Of a DNA stretch of 24,000 bases, positions 15,855 through 23,282 are shown piece by piece (position 1 is the stretch's first letter; each line of letters opens with the position of its first letter). The notes under the pieces are model-generated. The model worked only from the letters and a program-made list of their open reading frames with translations, was not told the origin of the DNA and did not search any database. Origin of the DNA: Bryobacter sp. (GTDB lineage Bacteria > Acidobacteriota > Terriglobia > Bryobacterales > Bryobacteraceae); assembly GCA_033765085.1 (NCBI GenBank), contig JANRIK010000021.1, forward strand, positions 22,435 through 46,434, in the 5' to 3' direction. Position numbers and translations under genes: made by a program.

Positions 15855-16963
15855 TGAGCTTTAGCGTAACGGCGATGGCCACTTTGGCCACCTACATTGC
15901 CCGCAACAAGATGAGTCCGAAGCCAGAATGGCAGAGAACGGTGAAGGGCGAGGACGACGCGGCGAATCCGTTTCGGATTATTCACACTCGTTTCGGTCCT
16001 TCGGATAAAAAGCCGCATCCGCTCATCAACAAGCGCTTCCCGCTGGTGCTGCAACTCGAGCCTTTGCACGCCTGCAACCTGACGTGCACGGGTTGTGGCC
16101 GGATTCGCGAGTACGAATCGACGATTACCCAGCAATTGAGCCTGGAAGAATGTTTGCGGGCGAGCGATGAGTGTGGCGCGCCGGTGGTGGCTATTTGCGG
16201 GGGCGAGCCGATGTTGTACGGTCCGCTGCCGCAGATGGTGGAAGGATTGCTCGAGCGCGGGCGGATTGTGATTTTGTGCACGAACGGGATGTTCATGGCC
16301 AAGAAGCTGGGCCAATACAAGCCGCACGAGAATTTCTTTTTTAACGTTCACTTGGACGGCATGGAAAAGACCCACGATATTTGCGTAGAGCGCGAGGGCG
16401 TGTTCAAGCTGGCCGTGGAAGGCATTCAAGCGGCGAAGGCGGCGGGCTTCAAGGTCTGCACGAACACGACCGTGTACCAGGAAACGTCGATGGACGAGCT
16501 GGATGAGATGTTCACGTTCCTGAGCAAGTTTAAGCTCGACGGGCACATGATCTCGCCGGCCTACGGCTATTCGGCGGTGAATGACCGGGAAATCTTCATG
16601 ACGCGCGAAGACATTGTGGAGAAGTTCAAAGGTTTCCGCAAACGCTTTGAAAAGGTGAAGTTCAACCAGAGCCCGGTGTACCTAGAGTTTTTGGAAGGCG
16701 AGCGCGACCTGCCCTGCACGGCCTGGGGCAACCCGACCTACAACGTGAAGGGATGGAAGGGCCCCTGCTATCTGATTACCGACGCCCACTATCCCACCTT
16801 TGAAGAGCTGATGACCAAGACGCAATGGGAGAACTACGGCCACGGGGCAGACCCGCGCTGCGACCATTGCATGGTGCACTGCGGCTATGAGCCTTCAGCG
16901 GCAATGGGCATCAATGCGAAGTGGCAGGATGCCTTTACCTACATGAGCTGGATGATCAAGTAA
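15854..16963 (+). CDS. hpnH: Adenosylhopane synthase (radical SAM, hopanoid side-chain extension)
   Basis: The in-frame ATG at 15854 overlaps the shc TAA by 1 nt (TAATG). The protein starts MSFSVTAMATLATYIARNK and has the radical-SAM CxxxCxxC motif LEPLHACNLTCTGCGRIREY. The C-terminal Cys-rich tail is PCTAWGNPTYNVKGWKGPCYL...CDHCMVHCGYE. The track extension 15629-15853 lies inside shc. Confidence 0.93.
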   Translation: MSFSVTAMATLATYIARNKMSPKPEWQRTVKGEDDAANPFRIIHTRFGPSDKKPHPLINKRFPLVLQLEPLHACNLTCTGCGRIREYESTITQQLSLEECLRASDECGAPVVAICGGEPMLYGPLPQMVEGLLERGRIVILCTNGMFMAKKLGQYKPHENFFFNVHLDGMEKTHDICVEREGVFKLAVEGIQAAKAAGFKVCTNTTVYQETSMDELDEMFTFLSKFKLDGHMISPAYGYSAVNDREIFMTREDIVEKFKGFRKRFEKVKFNQSPVYLEFLEGERDLPCTAWGNPTYNVKGWKGPCYLITDAHYPTFEELMTKTQWENYGHGADPRCDHCMVHCGYEPSAAMGINAKWQDAFTYMSWMIK

Positions 16964-16981
16964 GGGGACGGGCAACAAAAG

Positions 16982-17944
16982 GTGCCGCGGGCATTGGTGA
17001 CGGGCGCGACGGGCTTCGTCGGCTGGCATGTGGCCCGGCAGTTGTTGGAGCGCGGCTGGGAAGTGAGAGCCTTGGCAAGACGGGGTAAAGTGCCGGAACT
17101 GGAAATAGAAACCATCCATGGCGACCTGCGGGACCGTTCGAGTGTAGAACGGGCTGCCGAGGGTTGCGATGCGTTGTTTCACGTGGCGGCGGATTACCGC
17201 CTGTGGACGGCGAAGCCGGAGGAGATGTATGCCTCGAACGTGGAGGGCACGCGCAACGTCCTGCGCGCTTGCCGGAAGATGCGAGCGGTGTATTGTTCCA
17301 CAGTGGGAGCCATTGGGATGCGGCCCGGCCTGCTGGCCGATGAAGATTCCCCGGTAAGCCTCGCGGATATGAAAGGCCACTACAAGCGCTCGAAGTTCCA
17401 GGCCGAAGCCGTAGCGCGGGAAGCGGCGGCGGAAGGTATGGACGTGGTGATCGTGAATCCGACCACGCCGCTGGGCGAAGCAGACCGCAAGCCAACGCCG
17501 ACGGGAAAAGTGGTGGTGGACTTTTTGGCGGGCAAGATCCCGGCCTATATCGATACGGGCCTGAACTATGTGGATGTTCGCGATGTGGCCGACGGGCACT
17601 GGCTGGCTTATGAGCGCGGCAAGCGGGGCGAGCGGTATATTTTGGGGTCAGAAAATCTGACCTTGATCGGCATGCTCCAACGGTTGGCTAAAGTCTCCGG
17701 CAAGGCGGCGCCGACGGTGGAATTGCCGTATTTTGTGGCCTACACGGCCGCGGCGGTATCAACGGCGTGGGCGGGGTTGACGGGTAAGGCGCCAGGGATT
17801 CCGCTGGATGGCGTGCGTTATGCACATACCAAGATGTGGGTGAATTGCGAAAAAGCGAAGCGGGATTTGGGCTATGCGCCGCAAACCGTGGACGGAGCTC
17901 TTGGCCGCGCTGTTGCTTGGTTTCGGGAGCATGGCTATGTCTGA
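16982..17944 (+). CDS. hpnA: Hopanoid-associated NAD(P)-dependent sugar epimerase/dehydratase-family protein
   Basis: 320 aa with a GTG start. It has the Rossmann motif LVTGATGFVGWHV, the HpnA-typical FHVAADYRLW, and YKRSKFQAE (YxxxK). It sits between hpnH and hpnG. Confidence 0.85.
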   Translation: MPRALVTGATGFVGWHVARQLLERGWEVRALARRGKVPELEIETIHGDLRDRSSVERAAEGCDALFHVAADYRLWTAKPEEMYASNVEGTRNVLRACRKMRAVYCSTVGAIGMRPGLLADEDSPVSLADMKGHYKRSKFQAEAVAREAAAEGMDVVIVNPTTPLGEADRKPTPTGKVVVDFLAGKIPAYIDTGLNYVDVRDVADGHWLAYERGKRGERYILGSENLTLIGMLQRLAKVSGKAAPTVELPYFVAYTAAAVSTAWAGLTGKAPGIPLDGVRYAHTKMWVNCEKAKRDLGYAPQTVDGALGRAVAWFREHGYV

Positions 17945-17963
17945 GCTGGCTATGTCTGAATTG
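17934..17963. repeat. 15-bp tandem duplication (GCTATGTCTGAGCTG / GCTATGTCTGAATTG) at the hpnA-hpnG junction
   Basis: The two adjacent copies differ at 2 positions. They are followed by a degenerate third start (GCCATGCTG). The first copy contains the hpnA stop codon (17942-17944). In the hpnG frame they encode AMSEL-AMSEL-AM. Confidence 0.9.
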
Positions 17964-18539
17964 GCCATGCTGTGCGCAATGGAAGTGGAGCGTGCGGCGG
18001 CGCCGACAGGAGTGCCGCTGGTGGTGAGCGGGCCAGGCTTCGGGCGGGCCCGGCGGGCAGCGGAAGACTTGGCGGCGCAATCGCCGGGCATGATCTTGAA
18101 CTTTGGCACCTGCGGGGCGCTGCGACCGGAGTACGCCTTGGGCCAAGTGTTCAGCGCGCAATTGGCCAGCTTGCCTTGCCTGGCTTGGCCGGGTTTGCCG
18201 CAGGCTCGATTGATCAGCCAGGACCGCGTAGCGGTGACGAAGGAAGAAAAGGCCGCACTGGCGCGGGCAGGTGGCGATCTGGTGGACATGGAAGCGCAAG
18301 CCGTGGCGGAGGTCTGCGCGGCGCGCGGCATTCGCTTTGCGGCCGTGAAGGCTGTGTCGGACTTGGCGGACGAAGACTTGCCGCTGGACTTCAACCGCTT
18401 TCGCCGGGCCGACGGTGGCTTTGAGAATTGGCGCATAGCGTTGGCGGGACTTGGAAGGATGGGAGATTTGTTGCGCTTGAAGCGGCAGACGGAACTGGCC
18501 GTGGCGCGCTTGGGGGAGGTTTTGCGAAATGCCAACTAA
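17937..18539 (+). CDS. hpnG: Hopanoid-associated phosphorylase/nucleosidase (PNP/MTAN family; releases adenine from adenosylhopane)
   Basis: It has the PNP_UDP-type C-terminal motif DMEAQAVAEVCAARGIRFAAVKAVSDLADED and an N-terminal LAMLCAMEVE...GPG segment. Five in-frame ATGs lie between 17931 and 17979. I chose 17937 because GGGAG sits 7 nt upstream. The track start 17874 lies deep inside hpnA. The start is uncertain. Confidence 0.82.
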   Translation: MSELAMSELAMLCAMEVERAAAPTGVPLVVSGPGFGRARRAAEDLAAQSPGMILNFGTCGALRPEYALGQVFSAQLASLPCLAWPGLPQARLISQDRVAVTKEEKAALARAGGDLVDMEAQAVAEVCAARGIRFAAVKAVSDLADEDLPLDFNRFRRADGGFENWRIALAGLGRMGDLLRLKRQTELAVARLGEVLRNAN

Positions 18540-19605
18540 GGGCTTGATGCGAGCCGCGGTTTACCGGGGAAAGAACGATGTCCGGATTGAACGGGTGCCG
18601 GTGCCGGAAATTGGTCCCGGAGAACTTTTGGTGCGGGTGGCGGCCTGTGGGGTTTGCCATACAGACCTCAAAAAGATTGAGTACGGGCTGCTCGAGCCGC
18701 CGCGGATTTTTGGGCACGAAACTGCCGGGACGGTGGCCGTGGTGGGCGAAGGAGTGGCGAAATTTGGCGTGGGCGACCGCGTGGTGGCGTTTCACCACAT
18801 TCCCTGCGGCAATTGTTTTTACTGCGAACGTAAGCTTTATGCCCAGTGCCCCGTGTACAAGAAGGTGGGAATTACGGCGGGTTTTGAGGCAGCGGGCGGC
18901 GGCTATGCGGAATTTATCCGCGTGATGCCGTGGATTGTGGAACGCGGGGTGGAACGGATCCCCGAGGGGGTGAGCTTTGAGGCCGCCAGCTTTGTGGAGC
19001 CCGTGAATACTTGTCTGAAGGCCGTGGCGCAAAGCGGAGCCCGGGCGGGGGATGTGGCGCTGGTCTTGGGCCAAGGGCCCATCGGGCTGCTATTCACAAT
19101 GATTTTGCGGGAGCGCGGCGTGACGACGCTGGTGACCGATTTGAGCGAGGCGCGGCGGGCGCGGGGGCGGCGCTACGGCGCGGCGGAGGCCTTGGACCCG
19201 CGGACGGAAGACCTGGCCGCGGCGACCCGGAATTACACGGAAGGCCGTGGCGCGGACTTGGCCTTTGTGGCCGTTTCGGCGCCAGGGGTGGTGGAGCAGG
19301 CGGTTTCGGCGACACGGCCGGGAGCCCGAATTACGCTCTTTGCGCAGACCAGCGATAAGGAACGCATCGAACTATCGGGGGCGAGCATCTGCAAGGATGA
19401 GAGAGTATTGGCCGGTGCGTATTCGGCAGACGTGGACCTACAGGCCGAGAGCGCGCGAATGGTTTTTGACGGGACGCTGCCGGTGGGAGAATTGGTAACG
19501 AACGTGTATCCGCTTGAAGAGATTGAAGAAGGCATAAAATTGGCCACCCATCCGACCGCAGAATCATTGAAAATAGTAATTCGGCCACAAGCGGTAGAAG
19601 GCTAA
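18529..19605 (+). CDS. Zn-dependent alcohol/polyol dehydrogenase, MDR superfamily (NAD-type cofactor site)
   Basis: 358 aa. Catalytic Zn ligand contexts are CGVCHTD, GHETAG and EPVNTC, and the structural Zn site is CGNCFYCERKLYAQC. The Rossmann motif GQGPIG is followed 18 residues later by Asp (LVTDLS). An alternative start at ATG 18547 (MRAAVYRGK) aligns with the paralog's N-terminus. Confidence 0.9.
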   Translation: MPTKGLMRAAVYRGKNDVRIERVPVPEIGPGELLVRVAACGVCHTDLKKIEYGLLEPPRIFGHETAGTVAVVGEGVAKFGVGDRVVAFHHIPCGNCFYCERKLYAQCPVYKKVGITAGFEAAGGGYAEFIRVMPWIVERGVERIPEGVSFEAASFVEPVNTCLKAVAQSGARAGDVALVLGQGPIGLLFTMILRERGVTTLVTDLSEARRARGRRYGAAEALDPRTEDLAAATRNYTEGRGADLAFVAVSAPGVVEQAVSATRPGARITLFAQTSDKERIELSGASICKDERVLAGAYSADVDLQAESARMVFDGTLPVGELVTNVYPLEEIEEGIKLATHPTAESLKIVIRPQAVEG

Positions 19606-19632
19606 AGGCGAAAGAAGCGCTTGAAACACGAA

Positions 19633-20661
19633 ATGCTGGCCGCCGTTCTGTACGGCAAAGAGCAAATAGAAATCAAACGGGTTCCTGTTCCGGAACTTGA
19701 CGCGGGTGATTTGTTGGTGCGGGTGCGCGCGGCGCTTACCTGTGGCACTGACGTTAAGGTATTTCGCCGGGGCTATCACGCGCGGATGATTGTGCCGCCA
19801 GCTCTGTTTGGGCATGAACTGGCCGGAGACGTGGTGGCAGTGGGCGCGGGCGTAAAGGATTTTCATTTGGGCCAGCGGGTGGTGGCGGCCAACAGCGCGC
19901 CGTGTGGCGAGTGTTTTTATTGCCGCAAGGATAATGAGAACCTTTGCGAGAACCTGCTGTTCAACAACGGCGCCTACGCGGAGTTCATTCGCATTCCTTC
20001 GCGCATCGTCGAGAAGAATACCTACGAGATCCCAGACCACGTGGACTATCAGGATGCCGCGCTGGTGGAGCCGCTGGCTTGTGTGATTCGCGGTATCGAT
20101 GAGAGCCGCGTCAAGAGCGGTGACACGGTGGCGGTGATTGGCGTAGGGCCCATCGGCCTGATGTTTGTCCGCCTGCTGAGCCTGCGTGGTTGCCGGGTGA
20201 TCGCCATTGGGCGGCGGCGGCCGCAGTTGGAGCGGGCGCGGGCGCTGGGCGCGGCCGAGACGCTTTCGATTCAAGAAGAGAAGAGTATATTGGGCGCAGT
20301 TCGGCACCACACGCAGGGCTATGGCGCGGACGTAGTGATTGAAGCGGTGGGCAGCCCGGAGACCTGGCATCAAGCTGTGGAACTGGTGCGCCGCGGGGGC
20401 ACGGTGAATTTCTTTGGCGGATGCCCGGCGGACACCAAGGTGACTCTGGACACGCAATTGATGCACTATTCCGAAATCACCTGCACGGCGAGTTTCCACC
20501 ATTCGCCGGGGCATGTCCGCAAAGCGCTGGAAGCCGTTGTTGCTGGTTACATTACGGCGCACGACTTTGTGACCGGCAGCCAGCCGCTGTCGAATTTGAA
20601 CGAAGTGCTGCGGCACCAGTTGCGCAAGAATGGCGCCATCAAGACAGCTATTATCCCCTAA
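19633..20661 (+). CDS. Zn-dependent alcohol/polyol dehydrogenase, MDR superfamily (NADP-type cofactor site), paralog of the preceding gene
   Basis: Catalytic Zn ligand contexts are TCGTD, GHELAG and EPLACV, and the structural Zn site is CGECFYCRKDNENLC. The Rossmann motif GVGPIG is followed by IAIGRRRP, with Gly at the position of the NAD-type Asp and then an Arg cluster. The start is set at ATG 19633 (MLAAVLYGKEQIEIKRVPVPE), which aligns with MRAAVYRGKNDVRIERVPVPE. The track start is TTG 19621. Confidence 0.9.
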   Translation: MLAAVLYGKEQIEIKRVPVPELDAGDLLVRVRAALTCGTDVKVFRRGYHARMIVPPALFGHELAGDVVAVGAGVKDFHLGQRVVAANSAPCGECFYCRKDNENLCENLLFNNGAYAEFIRIPSRIVEKNTYEIPDHVDYQDAALVEPLACVIRGIDESRVKSGDTVAVIGVGPIGLMFVRLLSLRGCRVIAIGRRRPQLERARALGAAETLSIQEEKSILGAVRHHTQGYGADVVIEAVGSPETWHQAVELVRRGGTVNFFGGCPADTKVTLDTQLMHYSEITCTASFHHSPGHVRKALEAVVAGYITAHDFVTGSQPLSNLNEVLRHQLRKNGAIKTAIIP

Positions 20662-20686
20662 GGATTTTGTCCGCGACGCGGAAGCC

Positions 20687-21595
20687 ATGGGCCGGGCGTG
20701 GAGCCTGGACGAGAGCCTCGCTTACACGAAATGGATTGCTACCGGGCACTACGAGAACTTCCACGTAGTGAGCTTCTTGCTGCCCAAAGAACTGCACCAG
20801 GATTTTTACAACGTGTATGCATATTGCCGCTGGGCCGATGACCTAGGCGACGAAATTGGGGATACGGCGGAATCGTTACGTTTGTTGGGTTGGTGGCGGG
20901 AGCAATTGTGGGATGAGGGACAAGCGCGGCATCCAGTCTTCGTTGCGTTGCGGCCAACGATGGAACGGCGGGGATTGTCGCGCATCCATTTTGAGAACTT
21001 AATTCGCGCCTTTGAGCAAGACCAAACGAAGACGCGTTACCGGGATTGGGCAGAACTCGAGGATTATTGTGTGTACTCGGCCAACCCGGTGGGGCGTTTG
21101 GTGCTAGAGCTTTGCGGGTACCGGGATGAGGCGCGGGCGAAGTTGAGCGACGCGACTTGCACGGGGCTGCAGTTGGCCAATTTCTGGCAGGACGTTAGCG
21201 TGGACCTGGAAAAAGGGCGCATCTACTTGCCGCTGGAGGTTTTGGCGCGACACGGCGTGAGCGAGGCGGAAGTTCAGGGCCGGCGTCACAGCGATCGCTT
21301 CGCGGCGGCTATGCGGGAGGCGGTGGAGAAGGCGCGGGAGTATTTCCGCGTGGGGAAACGCTTGGTGCCGACCTTGGATCCGCAACTGGCTTTGGACATT
21401 GCGCTGTTTAACGCCGGGGGCGAGAAGATTCTCGATAAGGTGGAGCAGCAGGGCTATGCGGTGTTGGACAAGCGGCCCAAGATTGGCAAGGGAGAAAGAG
21501 TGAGTTTGCTTTTGGGAGTCCTGGCCGGGTGGGCCAAGAAACGGATAGCGGGGGGCTTCCGGCAGCCGCTACCCTCAGAGCATGAAAGAGCGTGA
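20687..21595 (+). CDS. hpnC: Hydroxysqualene synthase (squalene/phytoene synthase family, HpnC type)
   Basis: It has GHYENFHVVSFLLPKELHQDFYNVYAYCRWADDLGDE (HpnC-like YENFxVxS plus the first Asp-rich motif) and QLANFWQDVSVDLEKGRIYLP (second motif). The start is set at ATG 20687. The track start 20630 overlaps adh2 by 32 nt. Confidence 0.82.
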   Translation: MGRAWSLDESLAYTKWIATGHYENFHVVSFLLPKELHQDFYNVYAYCRWADDLGDEIGDTAESLRLLGWWREQLWDEGQARHPVFVALRPTMERRGLSRIHFENLIRAFEQDQTKTRYRDWAELEDYCVYSANPVGRLVLELCGYRDEARAKLSDATCTGLQLANFWQDVSVDLEKGRIYLPLEVLARHGVSEAEVQGRRHSDRFAAAMREAVEKAREYFRVGKRLVPTLDPQLALDIALFNAGGEKILDKVEQQGYAVLDKRPKIGKGERVSLLLGVLAGWAKKRIAGGFRQPLPSEHERA

Positions 21596-22424
21596 TGTTG
21601 TAAAGGAACTGGCCGAATACCTACGGGGTCGTGCGGCGGAGGCGGTGACGCTGGAGGAAATGAGCCGGCGGACTGGCTATAGCGCGTTCTACTTGCAGAA
21701 GCGCTTCAAGGCAGAGATGGGTGTGACGCCGAAGCAGTTCCACGCGCAATGCCGAAGGGAGGTTTTGAAGCGGGAATTGCGCGAGGGGAGTAGTGTGACC
21801 GGTGCGCTTTTTGAGGCGGGCTACGGGAGCACGAGCCGCGTGTATGAGAACGCGCGCGAGGCGCTGGGGATGACTCCGGGCGAATATGGCAAAGCGGGGG
21901 CGGGGGTGGAAATTAGCTTTGTGGTGCGGCCGACGCGTTTGGGGCAACTGCTGCTGGCGGCGACCGAGCGCGGGCTATGTGCCGTAAGGCTGGGAGAGCA
22001 GGCAAGGGCATTGTGCCGAGAATTGCAGGAAGAGTTTCCAGGCGCGAAACTGACAGAGGCGGGCCCGCCGTACAGTGCGGCGCTGGAGCAGTGGTGGGCG
22101 GCCATTGAGGAATACTTGGCGGGAAAGAAGATGCCGCGCGATTTGCCCTTGGATGTGCAAGCGACCGCCTTCCAAGCCAGCGTCTGGCAGTTTCTGCAGA
22201 GCATCCCCGCGGGCGAAACGCGGACCTATGCGGAGGTGGCGGAGGGCATTGGCCGGCCTAGCGCGATTCGTGCGGTGGCGCGGGCCTGCGCGGCAAACCC
22301 CTTGGCGCTGGTGGTGCCGTGCCACCGTGTAATCCGTGCGGATGGCAAACTAGGGGGCTACCGTTGGGGCATGGGGCGGAAGCGGCAGCTTCTGGAGGCC
22401 GAGCGCGAAGCTGCGGGATACTAG
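21582..22424 (+). CDS. AraC-type HTH domain fused to O6-methylguanine-DNA methyltransferase (Ada-like, lacking the N-terminal Zn/Cys4 methylphosphotriester domain)
   Basis: 280 aa. The N-terminal half is an AraC-type double HTH (LEEMSRRTGYSAFYLQKRFKAEMGVTPKQF...ALFEAGYGSTSRVYENAREALGMTPGEY). The C-terminal half is MGMT with TAFQASVWQFLQSIPAGETRTYAEVA and the active site VVPCHRVIRADGKLGGYRWG. Its start overlaps the hpnC end by 14 nt. Confidence 0.9.
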   Translation: MKERDVVKELAEYLRGRAAEAVTLEEMSRRTGYSAFYLQKRFKAEMGVTPKQFHAQCRREVLKRELREGSSVTGALFEAGYGSTSRVYENAREALGMTPGEYGKAGAGVEISFVVRPTRLGQLLLAATERGLCAVRLGEQARALCRELQEEFPGAKLTEAGPPYSAALEQWWAAIEEYLAGKKMPRDLPLDVQATAFQASVWQFLQSIPAGETRTYAEVAEGIGRPSAIRAVARACAANPLALVVPCHRVIRADGKLGGYRWGMGRKRQLLEAEREAAGY

Positions 22425-22430
22425 ATAGGA

Positions 22431-23282
22431 TTGGCCTTAAGCATCGAGCAATCTTACGAATACTGCGAGCGCGTGGCACGGGAGAAGGCGAAGAATTTCT
22501 ATTATTCCTTTCTGGTGCTGCCGAAGGCGAAGCGGCGGGCGATGTGCGCCGTGTATGCGTTCTACCGCGAGTGCGACGACTTAAGCGACGAGGGGGGAGC
22601 GCAAGCCGCGGCGCTGGACCATTGGGCGCGGCAATTGCACGGGGCTTTGGAGGGCGAAACAAGTGGGCATGCGGTTTGGCCGGCCTTTGCTGATACCGTG
22701 CACCGCTTCCACATTCCACCGCTTTATTTTCAAGAAATGATCGAAGGCGTTAAGGGCGATCTGCGCTTTGTGGAGCCGGAAGACTTTGCCGCGCTTTACC
22801 AATACTGCTATCGCGTGGCGAGCGTGGTGGGTTTAACGATTGTGCACATCTTCGGGTTTCGCGATGCAAGCGCGCTGGCGCTGGCCGAGAAGTGCGGCGT
22901 AGCGTTTCAATTGACGAACATCCTGAGGGATGTGGCCGAGGATGCGTCGAATGGGCGGGTTTACTTGCCGCGGGATTTGCGCGAACGGCACGGAGTGATG
23001 CCGGAGGATTTAGCTGCGGATTTGGCGGCGGGCAAGACGGGGGAAAAGCTGCGGGAGGTTTTGCGGTGCCTCGGCCGGCAGGCGCGGGAATACTACGAAG
23101 TATCGCGGCCCTTGATTGAGATGGTGGAGCGGGATGCGCAAGGGAGTATGTGGGCGCTGGTGGAAATTTACGACCGGCTGCTACGGCGCATCGAGAAGGC
23201 AGATTTCGCTGTTATGGAGAAGCGCCATCGCTTGCCTACCGCGGAAAAATTGGCGATTCTCGGGCAGGCTTTCTTGCGTTAA
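22431..23282 (+). CDS. hpnD: Presqualene diphosphate synthase (squalene/phytoene synthase family, HpnD type)
   Basis: 283 aa. It has KNFYYSFLVLPKAKRRAMCAVYAFYRECDDLSDE and AFQLTNILRDVAEDASNGRVYLPRD, the two Asp-rich motifs. It has a TTG start 6 nt after the previous stop, and no ATG alternative lies nearby. Confidence 0.85.
   Translation: MALSIEQSYEYCERVAREKAKNFYYSFLVLPKAKRRAMCAVYAFYRECDDLSDEGGAQAAALDHWARQLHGALEGETSGHAVWPAFADTVHRFHIPPLYFQEMIEGVKGDLRFVEPEDFAALYQYCYRVASVVGLTIVHIFGFRDASALALAEKCGVAFQLTNILRDVAEDASNGRVYLPRDLRERHGVMPEDLAADLAAGKTGEKLREVLRCLGRQAREYYEVSRPLIEMVERDAQGSMWALVEIYDRLLRRIEKADFAVMEKRHRLPTAEKLAILGQAFLR

Noticed and set aside
15782-16546. 254-aa minus-strand ORF, and likewise 16895-17599 (234 aa) and 17759-18535 (258 aa)
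   Set aside because: They are antisense to hpnH, hpnA and hpnG respectively. All are Arg/His/Ala-rich without motifs, and the sense genes are strongly supported.
19564-20688. 374-aa minus-strand ORF
   Set aside because: It is antisense to the second Zn-dehydrogenase, which has all its Zn and Rossmann motifs. The ORF has no motifs and is Arg/His/Ala-rich.
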